Assembly: GCA_000004985.1 (NCBI GenBank)
Contig: GG738855.1
DNA: 64,000 bases
Strand: one strand, 5' to 3'
DNA from: Naegleria gruberi
Taxonomy: Eukaryota
Shown here: piece by piece, positions 9,893 through 21,962 of the stretch
Layout: the number at the start of each line of letters is the position of its first letter
Numbering within the stretch: position 1 is the first letter of the stretch
Notes under the pieces: model-generated
What the model was told of the DNA's origin: nothing
The model's input: only the letters and a program-made list of their open reading frames with translations
The model's database searches: none
Translations under genes and position numbers: made by a program

Positions 9893-11796
9893 ATGTGGGG
9901 AAAGCTTCACCAATTTGCCAATGAGTTGATGGCACCTATTGATGATGAAGAGGAGGAAGATCAAGAATACTATGATCATAACAATCAAAAGCATCAACAA
10001 CAACATCATCCTCAACAATCTAACAAGGAAGATGCCTTCTTCTCTCAAACCTTCCTCACTCAACCACAAACATCACTCCATCATCAACAACACTCACACC
10101 ATCAACCACAACAGCAACCACAACTCGTAAATCATCAAAGTAATCACAAGAGAACTTCATCTTCAGCCAGTTTTGGTGGTCAAACCACAACCTCCCGAGA
10201 TTCACCAGTCTTTATGCAACACTCTGCTTCCTATCAGCATTTACCAAGTGCTGCTGGAACAAGTTATTCAAGTGCTACTACACTCTCTTCCTCTCCTCCA
10301 AATTTTAGTTATCAACAACAACAATCAAACTTTAAATCCTCCCTTTTGGAAACTGCAACAACCTTCTTTAAATCAAGTGCATCACCTTCAAGTCAACAGG
10401 CAACTACTTCCACCACTAGAACTCATTCTCCATACAGTGACCATTCTGTTTCGATTAAATCACCAATGGACAATGTATCGGATGGTGGTATTTCAGGTAC
10501 AACATTTCCAATTCCATCCTCTATTATAACAGGTCAACAAATGCAACAAAACAATGTAAAACAATCGAGCATTTCCACTCCAGTGAACCAACAACAGACA
10601 GTTCCTCCTCCACAAATTCCTGGTTTTCTTTTGAGTGGCTATAAATCATCACAGACAGAGGTAACCAAATCTGATAATCCAAATTATATTCATGTAAAAT
10701 TATGTGTCGGAGAGGAAATTACTTACAATGATCAACATGTGGAATATTTACAAAGTCAAATTACTTATTTACAACACGAGATTGCTAATCAAGCTGATAG
10801 ATATGAAAAGGAAAAGAGTGATTTGAAACACTTGTTGGAAAATACTCAACATGCCTGTAGGGAACAACATTTAAAATTGAACGAATATATTGAACAAAAT
10901 AGAAGACTCGAGTATGATTTACAACAAACTAATATGAATGCCAGTGCTCACATTTCAAAATTAGAATCATCAATTAATGAGTTGACAAATCACAAGAAAC
11001 AATTAATTCAAACAATTAATGATCAGGATGTTAAGATGCAACAAATATTAACAGAACTCCAAAAGGAACAAGCTAATTCCAGACAATATCACTCTGAATT
11101 GGAAAGAGAAAGATCAACAGCAAGAAATGTTGAAAGTCAAAACTCAGAAGCTATGAGATTGTTACAGGAACGTGAAAAAGAATTGGCTGATTTGGAGCTA
11201 GCTCTTGAGCAATTACAAATGCTCTCTGGAAAGGAAGGTTCCAAATTGAAACAAGTAATCAAACAAAAGGATGAGGAAATTTCAGAATTGAAAGAAAACT
11301 CTATCAAGTTGTCTCAACAAGTTTCTGAATTGGATATGCTGAGAGTCCAAGTTGAACAATATAAGGAGAAGATTAATGACTTGGAAAGTTCCTCTGCCTT
11401 AACCAACGATTCAAGCAATAGTCCATGTAAGTTTTACTATTACTTAGGAAACCTTATCGAGAATATTTAGCTGAAATATTTAAACGAATGTTGGAAGATT
11501 GTACCAGTAGATTGAATGATGAAAACTTGATTGATAGAAGAGTGGTATCACGAATGCTATTGGCTCTTGTATCTAATCATGCAGATACAAGACAACAACA
11601 AGCAATTTTCAAATTCTTCCTCAAAACCCTCAATATTAACAATCAAGAGGATGAACAATTGTTGCAACAGGCACTAGTTTTTCTCCAACAAGAACGTTAC
11701 AAGCAGCTCTTGGCACGTAAAAAGACATTTTCTGAATTGTTTGTGAACTACTTATTGGAAGAAGGAAAGATAACTCCTGCTGGTGTGAATAAATAA
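9893..11796 (+). CDS. Gln-rich coiled-coil protein. 2 exons, approximately join(9893..11426, 11471..11796).
   Basis: The N-terminal third is poly-Q/H/S low complexity; the C-terminal half is heptad-rich coiled coil (LQSQITYLQHEIANQADRYEKEKSDLKHLLE...). A 44-nt intron (GTAAGT...TTTAG) removes the in-frame TAG at 11468-11470 and joins in frame to the downstream 102-aa ORF (..SNSP|SEIFKRMLEDCTSRL..), giving one protein with a conserved-looking helical C-terminal domain. Confidence 0.6.
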
Positions 11797-11827
11797 TAGG
11801 TGTACTTTTTAGAATTAATTATTTATT

Positions 11828-12666
11828 TTAATATTCCATTTCATCATCATCACCTTCCTCTTCATCTCCTGTAGGTTCTTCCACAAATTTCTCAAGTTTA
11901 TGTGTTTTCTTATCATAGTGACAAACTATTGAGGCATTGAATTCAGTCAATTCATGTCCGAAATGTTTCAAAAGTTTTGCTTGTTGAGCAGTAATTGGTT
12001 CTCCGAATGTACATAAATTGAATGGTCTTAAAATATTGATTACTTTGTTTTTAACTTCAATTGGTAAACCAAGATTGAGGAGTCGTTCTTCCAAGCTAAA
12101 TGGCATCCAATCCACTGGGCCAGCTTCAAGTGTAATAGTTTTAGTGGCTACAAATCCAACCTTTGCGTAATCGCTTCGTTTAAAATTGGCAAAGTATTTA
12201 GCAACTTCTGCTTTTGGACGATCAGTAATGAACAATGCTCGGGTAGCAGTGAGGAATTTACTGGCATTATGGAGATCATTTTCAACTTCATTTTCTGGTG
12301 AGGTTCCCAAAGCGACTCTCATCACTTTATTCTTGGTCATGAAAAATCTATTTGTTTAGATAATATCATCATGAAAATATTAGAAAATATTATTGGTAAA
12401 TATAATATTCGGTTCGTTCATAAAATTGACAAGAAGAGGTTGGTTAATAAATCATCCGATGACGGTACTTACTTGGATTCATTGAAATCTCTTCTAATTT
12501 CTTTAACGTGATTTGTTCTGCAATTAGATAAATCTAAAATGTAAATGTTATTAAATTCTTCGATGGCATTTCGGATTTCCTCTACCAGTTTATTCTTTTG
12601 TTCCTTTGTACTACGTTTCTTGGTTTTAGTGAGTGTGATAAGTTTGTCTCTCTTTGCTTTTGGCAT
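11828..12666 (-). CDS. MRT4: mRNA turnover protein 4 (Mrt4, ribosomal P0-like 60S assembly factor). 2 exons, approximately join(12473..12666, 11828..12347).
   Basis: Exon 1 reads MPKAKRDKLITLTKTKKRSTKEQKNKLVEEIRNAIEEFNNIYILDLSNCRTNHVKEIRRDFNESK, then a 125-nt intron (GTAAGT..CAAATAG), then FFMTKNKVMRVALG...YAKVGFVATKTITLEAGPV...VCHYDKKTHKLEKFVEEP plus an acidic tail. This is collinear with yeast Mrt4 (MPRSKRSKLVTL..., KLIMGKRKVLQKALG). Confidence 0.85.
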
Positions 12667-12859
12667 TTTGTTATTTTTTTATCAAAATTTTTGTTCCAAT
12701 TTCAATTTTTTATTTGAATGCCTCAACATTCCACAAGGTTGAATATTGAACACATTTTCTTTTTACCTTTGACAATAATTGAACTGCTTCTGTTTTTAAA
12801 TTTGAAAAGAATAGAAATATGATACTTGTGATTTACAATGTTTTAATTACAATAAATTA

Positions 12860-15800
12860 TTAAACAAATTGGTAGGCTTGTTCAAATGAGTTTTCAATAT
12901 CGCTGTCATATTCTTCTCTGAGAGAGTCCAATAAATCAGGATCAATAGGGTAGAAATGAATAGTGCCATCAGAGAGGGCAACAACAGCTTCTCTGTAATA
13001 ATCTTCAGTTGGATGGGCGAGTGTGATGGATTTAATCTCACTGGAACATGTTTCGAAAGTGTGTAATTCAGATAGATCATACAATCTTCTGATGGTAACT
13101 TGTTTCTTCATACCACCACTGATTACATATTTAGAATCAGGTGTTATCTCAATAGATTTCAATCTATCATTAATATCCAAGCTAGTGATATGTCTACCAT
13201 TAATGGTAAACAAGTGAAGACTGCAATCTGTTTCAGAGTGAATCAATACATGGCCATCAGATGAGATTTTAACAATATTAATTTGATTTCTTAATGGGTG
13301 CTCGATTGTTCTAATGTAACTTCCTTCAGTGAGTGTATGTATTAAAACACATCCATCAATATCACCACTTGCAACAATATCCAAATCATTACTAACATCT
13401 ACACACAATACACTAGCTTCGTGACCATACAAAATACGTAATGGTTGATCTGAGAGGGGATCCTTATTACTGACAACAAGTGGAATAGGGATTGGCAAGT
13501 CATCAATAACACTGGCAGCATTTACATTCACGTTGGTAATTAAATCTTTCACTTGATTCTTCAATGCATTACGTTTCAACTTTTTATAGTTGAGTGAGTA
13601 GACATTTACAGTTGCATCAGCAGAACCACTGACCAGATATCTTCCATCAGAAGTCATTGATAAGCATGTAATAATATCAGTGTGATGGAAAATACTTTGT
13701 TTCACCAAGAGTCTATCAAAGAGTGCAGAGCACTTGATACTCTTATCAAAGTGACCACAACTGAAAATCCACTTTCCATCCTTACTGCAAACAAAGCATG
13801 AATTATTTGGAGTAATATCCTTGGCAAATGGAGCACCAACTGTAGCAAATAATGTTGGCTTTTTGATCTTTCCAAGTTGGAATAATTGTCTATTAGAATC
13901 AACAACAATGACCTTATCTTCAGATTTGATGTGTTGAACAAACAAGACATCGTTACTAGATGTACTTTGTGCAGAAGCAATACTAGATGAGAATATTGGT
14001 ACAAATGCATTAGGTTTCCATTCTGGTTTTTGTGTGGATTGTTTGTTGTAACGTTGAGGGTGTGGTTTTTTGAAAAGTTGTGAAGGTGTTTGACCAAAGT
14101 TAATGATTTGAGTCTCGATAGCCTTTCTTTGGAGTGGATCTTCAACTGCATCCAAATCTACAGAACCTTCATAGGTGAGGTAGTAGAAGAGATTATGAGC
14201 CTTTTCAGCTTCAACACCAGTTTGCTTGTAACCAAATATTAAATCAATCCATTCATGCAAATGATTGGAAACATATTCACTTTCTAAGGCTTCTTTGTTG
14301 ATTCTGATAAATTCTTCTGGAGTTTTTGCCCAAGGAGGCAAAATAGCATCATCAACAACCTCCTTATTTTGCTTTACACCTAGATTGAGCTTGTTGTTAT
14401 TTCTCAAAAATTCTGGCAAGTAGAAGAATTCAGGAATTAGTTCCTTAACATCAGAATTAGAGGCCATACAATTTTCCCAAGAGACAGGTAAAGAGTGGAA
14501 TAATCTGTCTGGTAAATCGAATTGACCACCTTGGAGCTTGATATTATAGCTTGTGAAAGGCTCAAGTCTGAGCAAGAAGAATAATACAACACCAACACTA
14601 GAGTAGTGAGAACCATAATGGAATTTTGGAATGGTTTGATCTTGGAAAGCTTCATATCTTTCAAGAATATTCTTCAAACGTTTTTCATTGAGAGCACCAA
14701 CAGGTTTAGATAAATCTCTATAAATGGATGTATCATTGATATCAATGTGATCTGAGGTATAGTCCTTAATAACCCAAGGGAAAACAGGATATTGAGTAAG
14801 GTCATTATAAGTTCTATTGGCGAATGTATTCAGAGCCATGAGGTATTCAAAGTTGGAAATTTCACGATTTTGCCATTTTTGTGTCAATCTTGATTTCTTC
14901 AAGAGAGCAGATGGGGTCAATGCATAGGCATGGAATTTAAGGTTTGGAGGACGTTGACCAACCAAGGTCTTGATTACTGCATCAATGTGAGACTTGTCAA
15001 AGTTGAAGAAAAATGCTGTTCTATTCAGGAAGAAAATTTCAATACCAGTATATCTGAGGAGATATCTTCTCTTATAAATTTCATAAATCTCATCGATTGG
15101 CCATTTTTGATCAAATGCTTCTTTGAGATGTTCAATGGAGACTGTTGTGTTATCCTTTGGTTCAGCATTATCAGCCTCAGCATTGACCATGAAATAGATG
15201 TGCTTGTTTGTAATTTCAAAAGTACCCTTGATGGTGTCGAGAGAAATAACCAATTCACAAGGAACAATCAATAGAGTTTCCTCTTCTTCTCTTTCCAAGT
15301 AGAGTCCTTCCTTTGGTGTCTTGTTAATGGTTTCCCATTCGCCATCCTCGTTTTCATTTATAACTTCTTCTCCATCTTCAGAGACATAACCTTCATCATC
15401 ACTTTCACCAAGAGATTGTTCGTTGTGTTCTTCCTCCTCTTTTACTGGTTGGTTCTTGTTTTTCTCACTTCTTGATGTATGAACAAATGATGAGACTAGT
15501 TCACTTCTACAGCTCCAATCTTCATCATCATTACTTGGACTATCAACTGTTTTTTGGGAAATAATTCTATCTGATTTAGAGGCAGGTTTCATGATAATTC
15601 TCATTCTCATTCTCTTGGAGTTTTCAGTTGGATCGAGGAACATCATGAGATCATCCTTATCTTCGTCTTTAATCCAAACACCAGTTCCAGAGAAGAATTC
15701 AACCTCTTGTTTTCTCCATTCGGTGAGTGTAATCTTGGATCTTCTTCTTTGACCATCTCTCCAGTTGTTCATTCTTTGAAGCTCAGAGAAGCAGACGTGA

Positions 15801-18800
15801 GTCTTGGCATTTTGTGATTCTTGGGTTGCCTTCTTTAATTTTGGAATGTCATTGGATGCATTCTTTTCAATCACTTTGAGAATTTCATTAACTTTTTGTT
15901 CCTTCTTCTTTGAAACCTTTTCTTTTTGATTCTTTTCCTCTTCCTTGACTTCTTGATAGACTGAATTGAATGGTGGTGATTGTTTTACACCAAGCCAACC
16001 TTCTTCAGATTCCAAACTGAGAATAAATTCTTCTTGGGCAGCGTCTTGTTCAATGCAATTCAAACTTGATTGAAGATATTCCTTGGCCACTGGGGAGGTT
16101 AGAATAGTGGCCAATGAACGTTGGTTCTTTCTCAAGATGGCAGTAATGATAGGGATCAAACTATATTGTTTTTCTTCAATCTTGACAAAGAGTTTGGCCA
16201 ATGTATAGAATACTCTAGCTTGACTCATAATTGTATCCTCACTTTCAGTCTTGAAGGTTGGTTTTGGAACTCTGTTGTGTCTAATATCATTACTAAGAAG
16301 AGCTAGCATTCTGATACCGTGTTTGGCTTCTTGAATCTCCTTTTCGTCCAATTCGCACAAAAGGAAGAGTTGCAATCTGAAAAGAACAAAGAAGAGTGAT
16401 GGTGTTGGAATGTTACTTCTTGCGTTTGTTAAATCGGTAGCAATACTGATAATGGTTTGAAGAATGAATGGATTGGTATTCTTCTTGAAACCGTCATGAT
16501 GCAACAATTCCATAGCCTTTGGATCCTTGATAGACATTTTGATAATATAGTCAAAACCTTGCATGAGATATTTGATTATGTAGAGTTTTTCATTGTGACG
16601 GTTGTCTAGTTTGATAATAACACTTGAAGCATCTGGAATTTCTTGCTTACTGTCTGTTGTGAGAACAAATTGTTCGACAGCTAAAGTAATTCTAAAGAGG
16701 TTTCTCCAAAACTCTAAATCCTTATTGAATTGAGTGTTGTTAATTTGGTTAATAACAAATGGTAAGAATCTCTTCAGGAAGATAATAAATGCTGAGGTTC
16801 TATCAATTTCCTTTCTATCGCAAATAATTTCAATTTGGTAGAAGGTTTCCTTCAATTGCTTGTAACCATTGGTAAGATTCAAATGTTCTGACAATACAAT
16901 AGAAATAGTGTCGATAGCGCTTTCAAATAGAGAGTATGCCTTATCAGGTGCAGATCCAGATTCTGGAATAGCAAGAGACAAGATCCAATTTTGCCAACCA
17001 AACTGTTGTCCAAACATTACTCTATTGTGAGGATTTGATTTAAGGAGCATGTTAAAATCTGATAGAGCCTTTTCCTTTGTACTCAGAGACTTGTTAGAAG
17101 TCAAATTAAAGAATGTTCCCAAGAGATCTGGTAAAAGTATTCTTGTTCCTCCTTTGGAAATGTCTGTTGATATTATACTATTGATATTGAAACTAATCTT
17201 ACACAAAATAATTTCTAACAAGGCAGTGTAAGTTTCTTCATCAAAGGTATTCTCGTTAAGTAATAAATGTTCGATAAGTAAAATGTATCCAAGGTTCTTA
17301 AACTTGAGTCTTTTTTCAGAATTTGATCTTTCCATAATTTTACCAATAAGTTTCAGAGAGAAGATACGAATCTTCTTCTTACTATTGGTTAACATGTGAA
17401 GGAGTGGAAGCATTACCTTCTCTTCAGAAAGACTGTCAATAATATTTGGAATTTCCTCATCAATTAATACTAAAACCCATTTGAGAGTTTCGACAACTTG
17501 TTTCTCATCAGAGCAGTCAACAATACATGACACAATTGCCTCTGCTTCAGTCTTGCTTATACCTGATCTAATCATGAGTTTGATAATTTCTGTCAGTTGA
17601 AGTCTAAGAGCATAAATTTCTTCTTCCTTTGGTCTAACTGTTGGTTGATAAATTCTTTCAGGTTCCTTCTCAGGTTTATACCAGAAGAAATATCTCATAA
17701 CGTCCAAAATGAATTGAACTCCAACAATTTCATGGAAATATTCTGGATTTCTGGATACTTCTTCATAGAGGAAATGTAACATGTTGCTATGAATGTCAAA
17801 ATCAACAGATACCCACAACTCGAAACTCAAAAACAATTGAAGGAAAATTTCTCTAATGATTGGATCTTTTGGATCTCCAGCGCATTCAATAAGTCCTTGG
17901 AGGGCTTTAAGAGTATCATGATTAATGTGTTCTGGAGGAATTTGACCAAGAATATGGCCAAGTGTACTTAGACTGTTCTTTTGTATCATATCTTGTTGAT
18001 TTTTCTTATTATGTCTCAACATTTCAGTAATAAGAGAAACAGTTCTAGCACACATGGAATAATCGACAGTCCAGTCTTTTCTCAATAAACTAAACAGTGG
18101 GAAGAGTACTTCAACACCACCAATACAGTTCAATGTATCCTTGACTGGGTGAGTAACAAAAATGGATGTGCCTTGCAAGAGTCTTGCATCAGTTGAATAA
18201 CCTTTCTTTGTACCTGAGTTATCAGGGCACTTGTAATCTTTTGTACATGATCGAGGATTATACAGACAAACCAATCTTTGGGAATATGAATCAGCTCCAG
18301 TCCAATCGAAATACCTTGGTTGAGAATCTCCCTTCTTGAATGTATATTGGAAATCTGGACCAGACCAGTAGATTTTTTGAATTTCTTGAAGAGTGAAGAA
18401 TTTGTCAAATATTGCTATTGGTCCAGCTTGACCACAAAATGAAAGCACTCTTGGTTGTTTGTTATCTGCAGGAATATTTGTACAAAAGTGAGCGAATGAA
18501 ACTTGACCACTGATTGGTGGATATTTCAGTTCTGATATTTGTTTTTGTTCTCCATCAACAAAGAGCACAATATCACTCTTCATCAAGAACTTTTTGTTTT
18601 GACTGAATGAAACAAAGTACCATCTATTTGTGTGGAAAAAGTGATCGAAAGTAATATTTTGTTGTTTTTTGCCACCAGATACAACCTGAACACAAATATG
18701 ATTTCCTTTGAAGAAGAATTCCAAACCATTCAACTTTTTATCAAAAAAGCTGAAAAATCTATAGCAGTTTGATTTGGTGGTTCTTTCAATTCTTAACCAA

Positions 18801-19743
18801 CAACTAAATGTATATCCATTGGAGGGAAACATTAAATTGTCAGCAACTAGACCACAATCAATTCCATCAAAACTGAAAAATGATGAAGGAGAATCATATC
18901 TTGACATCTTTCTAATTACTTCCAAAATCAAAGGTGACAAATCTTTATCCAAAGAATAGCCATCAGAGTCTTCATCTACAGTATTTTTTGAATCACTAAT
19001 CTTTGTTCTCATCAATTTTATCAATGTCTTTAATTCTCTAGCAGACACACTAAAACTTCCAACAATACCAACCAAATAAATTAATTTTTGAATGACATTT
19101 AGACTAAACTTTGAATGTTTCGAAAGTAAATTATTAATCGTTTGTACTAATCCAACTGATGCAGCAACGCTATTATCAATTGTGCATTCCTCCAAGAGAA
19201 CAATAAAAATATCTAGTATTTCAATTTGGATTTCTTCGGCAAGATATGGAAGTAATGTAAATATGACTGTTATGGTTTTTGGTGATTGGAAAATAAAGTT
19301 AGTTTGTGAATCGAAACGTGCTGTTGATCCGACAAGCTATTAATGTTATGTTATAAAAAACAAATAATTCATCATCACCAATTACAATTAATATATAGAG
19401 TATATTTTAGATTCATCAAATAAATACATACTGTATCTAATAAACAATCCATCAATAATTTCATAGATTTTCTATCACTTCCAAAAACTTTAACCAATTC
19501 CGCAATTCTATTCTCCTCCTGTTCAGTCATGACTGATCCTGATGATGAATACATTAATAATTGTCTCAAAATATCATGTTGTTGCGTAGATAGATGAATC
19601 AAAGCAGGTTGATTTGACTTGGGTTCCTCTCTTTGGACAAAGTGTTGTTGTTGTTGCTGTTGTGCCACAACATTATTTCCGGCACGATTGGATGCAGTAG
19701 ATTGTTGTTGATTACTACTTCCGCCTCCAAAGAAAGAGAACAT
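12860..19743 (-). CDS. BEACH-domain protein (LvsA/neurobeachin-like) with C-terminal WD40 repeats, about 2,230 aa. 2 exons, approximately join(19440..19743, 12860..19336).
   Basis: The 2,111-aa ORF in the track begins at a TTG, not ATG. An upstream ATG exon (MFSFFGGGSSNQQQ...MDCLLDT) splices through a 103-nt intron (GTATGT..TTAATAG) in frame into ..LVGSTARFDSQTNF..LLEECTIDNS.. The BEACH core is QYPVFPWVIKDYTSDHIDINDTSIYRDLSKPVGALNEKRLKNILERYEAFQDQTIPKFHYGSHYSSVGVVLFFLLRLEPFTS, with a PH-like region before it and WD40-like repeats after it. Confidence 0.8.
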
Positions 19744-19924
19744 TTTTTATTGTTGTGATGTGCTGGAAAATCTTTTTTAAAATCCGAATAGCCAACAACG
19801 GTTATCAACCAAAGAACGACACTATCCAATAACATTCCAACACTATTAGAATAGTTTCGTTTTCAAAGAGAAGAGGATCCGATGAAAGTAAATTGAGAAT
19901 TAGAAATAATAAAATTTTTGAGCT

Positions 19925-21592
19925 TTATTGAGATATCAAGGTCAAGTGAGGATAACTTTGCAAATTGAATTTGAGAGGGGAAATGTTGGGACAATCTGAA
20001 AGAGTTAATATTTTCACATTTGGAGCACATTGTAGGAATCTTTCGAGTAGCTGATCATTAATTTGAATACTATGGGATAAATCTAAATGAGTTAATTTTT
20101 CAAATTTGTTGGCAAATGACTTTTGGTTGATTTTCTGTATCTTTAAACTCTTCAAATTTGGACAATCTATTGTACATTCCACAGAGGTATCTCCTAACAC
20201 TGTCAATTCTTCCAAATGTTCAGATCGAACAGCATCATCATGGAGGAAATTCACTTGCACTTCTCTCAATTTAGGGAAGAATGGGAAAATATTTCCCAAA
20301 TCATATTTTACATTATGCAAATGCAAGAGGGTTAGATTAGGTAAAAAGTTTCTAATATTTTCAAAATTAGCACAACAATATGGCTCTATAATTAAATTTT
20401 CAATAGATTCCATTTGTTTGGTAAACTTTTCATCAAAATAGCTCATAATTTTAAGTGTCCTAAGTTGGGTACATCTCTCCATAAACTTTTCAAAATTAAA
20501 GGCATGAACTCGATTAATACTAAGATAGGTCAATGAATCTGTCAACTTTTTACAATTAAAATCCAGAGTTAATGAGGGTGGATTCGTTTCAAAGTCAATC
20601 TCTACATGACTCAATTCGGAAGATTCAGTTGTCAACTCAATACTTGATAATCCTGTACATTCTAACAACTTTAAAATCTGTAAATTTGCTAATTTCTCCA
20701 TGAAAAATCTATAAGTTTCGTCATTCAACTTGCATTTGAACAAGTCTAATACTGTTATATTGGAAAATGTTGCCGACATATCTTCCTCAATACATCTCTG
20801 CAGAACAGTATCTCTTCTATATTCTTCTCTCACACTTTCAATCTTGTTTTCAATTGTATCTTGAGCATTTGCATTGTCAGATGTTGCTGTCGATTTACTT
20901 CTTTTAAAAATTGAGAATATTGACTTTCGTTTTGTAGTTTTTGGTTGTTCTAGAGTGGCATTGATGGCTCTAATACGTTTGGTCAATCTTCCCTTTAGTA
21001 ATGTACATTCGGATAGTTTCAACTCGTTCAATTCTTTCAAATTATAAATCATGTAATAAATCAATTCAAATGAAAATCCATCTCGGAGTTGATCCAATTC
21101 CACTCTTTTCAATTTTTCGAACAAGATAACAGAAGATAACTTTTCAATCTCTTCAATCATTAAATTTTCTTCGAATAATTCTCTCAACAAGTTTGTATTT
21201 GAAAGTTGTTGTGCCGACTGACTACTTCCAGTACTACTGCTACTATTATTACTTGTTGGTGAAGAGGGTGGTTGTAGGAAGGGTTGGAAATATTCACTTT
21301 CATCAACACTCAACGAAGAGGAGTTAATTTTCAATTCGTGTATCATTCCGACCAGAGATTCAAACCACTGCTTACAAACTAAAAGGGTTGAATTTTGCAA
21401 ATGTTCTCTAAAGGAGAGAAATTTGAAAATGTGCACAAGAGTTTCAGGCTGGAGTGGATGATGCCTATTTACACTACTCTTTTCCATAATGAACGAAGAG
21501 GTGAATTCTTCCTCGGCTTGTCCAATTGGTTTCAGCTGTATTTCTTCTTCATTATGGTTGGGATGTGTTGTTGGATACTGTCCATTGGCCAT
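19925..21592 (-). CDS. F-box / leucine-rich-repeat protein, 555 aa.
   Basis: ATG start. The N-terminal F-box is LQPETLVHIFKFLSFREHLQNSTLLVCKQWFESL. The C-terminal half carries LRR-like LxxLxLxxC repeats (LTHLDLSHSIQINDQLLERFLQCAPNVKILTLSDCPNI). Confidence 0.7.
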   Translation of the reverse strand: MANGQYPTTHPNHNEEEIQLKPIGQAEEEFTSSFIMEKSSVNRHHPLQPETLVHIFKFLSFREHLQNSTLLVCKQWFESLVGMIHELKINSSSLSVDESEYFQPFLQPPSSPTSNNSSSSTGSSQSAQQLSNTNLLRELFEENLMIEEIEKLSSVILFEKLKRVELDQLRDGFSFELIYYMIYNLKELNELKLSECTLLKGRLTKRIRAINATLEQPKTTKRKSIFSIFKRSKSTATSDNANAQDTIENKIESVREEYRRDTVLQRCIEEDMSATFSNITVLDLFKCKLNDETYRFFMEKLANLQILKLLECTGLSSIELTTESSELSHVEIDFETNPPSLTLDFNCKKLTDSLTYLSINRVHAFNFEKFMERCTQLRTLKIMSYFDEKFTKQMESIENLIIEPYCCANFENIRNFLPNLTLLHLHNVKYDLGNIFPFFPKLREVQVNFLHDDAVRSEHLEELTVLGDTSVECTIDCPNLKSLKIQKINQKSFANKFEKLTHLDLSHSIQINDQLLERFLQCAPNVKILTLSDCPNISPLKFNLQSYPHLTLISQ

Positions 21593-21962
21593 ATCACCAC
21601 GAGTTGCTGCTGTTGTATTTGTTGAAGAAGGTTGTTCAAATATTATGGGAAAGGAGTGTTGCTGTTGTTGTTAATGATCATTACAGGTTGTTTCGAAGTC
21701 ATCATGATGGTTTTGTTTTTTACGATTGTATGATGGGAAAGTTTGATGTCAATTTTCAACCTCTTGAGAGAATTGAGTTTCCACTAATGATACTCTCCTT
21801 CCATAAGAAAGGTGCGAAGAGCAACATAGTGACTGATACTTCCAAATGGATCAAAACATTTTCATAAGGTAACTTGTTGGGGATAATTGATGCAAATGGT
21901 TGAGCATCTATTAATTATGAATTTAAAATTATTTATTCGAAATATGTAGGCACACTATGTTT

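Noticed and set aside
9939-10529. ORFs 9939..10130 and 10173..10529 (Asn/His-rich and Gln-rich).
   Set aside because: They are alternative frames through the CAA/CAT-rich low-complexity 5' part of the coiled-coil gene 9893..11796.
13702-14151. 149-aa minus-strand ORF inside the BEACH gene.
   Set aside because: It is a different frame of the same strand within a well-supported coding exon, so it is an ORF-finder artefact.
19599-19835. Minus-strand ORF 19599..19835 overlapping the BEACH first exon.
   Set aside because: It is an alternative frame of the same region. The BEACH exon-1 frame is supported by the in-frame splice to exon 2.
21395-21867. Overlapping plus-strand ORFs rich in Cys/Val (21395..21625, 21489..21674, 21526..21867).
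   Set aside because: They lie in the 5' region of the minus-strand F-box gene and the 3' flank of CLN3. They read as antisense or low-complexity (GTT/TGT)n and show no protein-like features.
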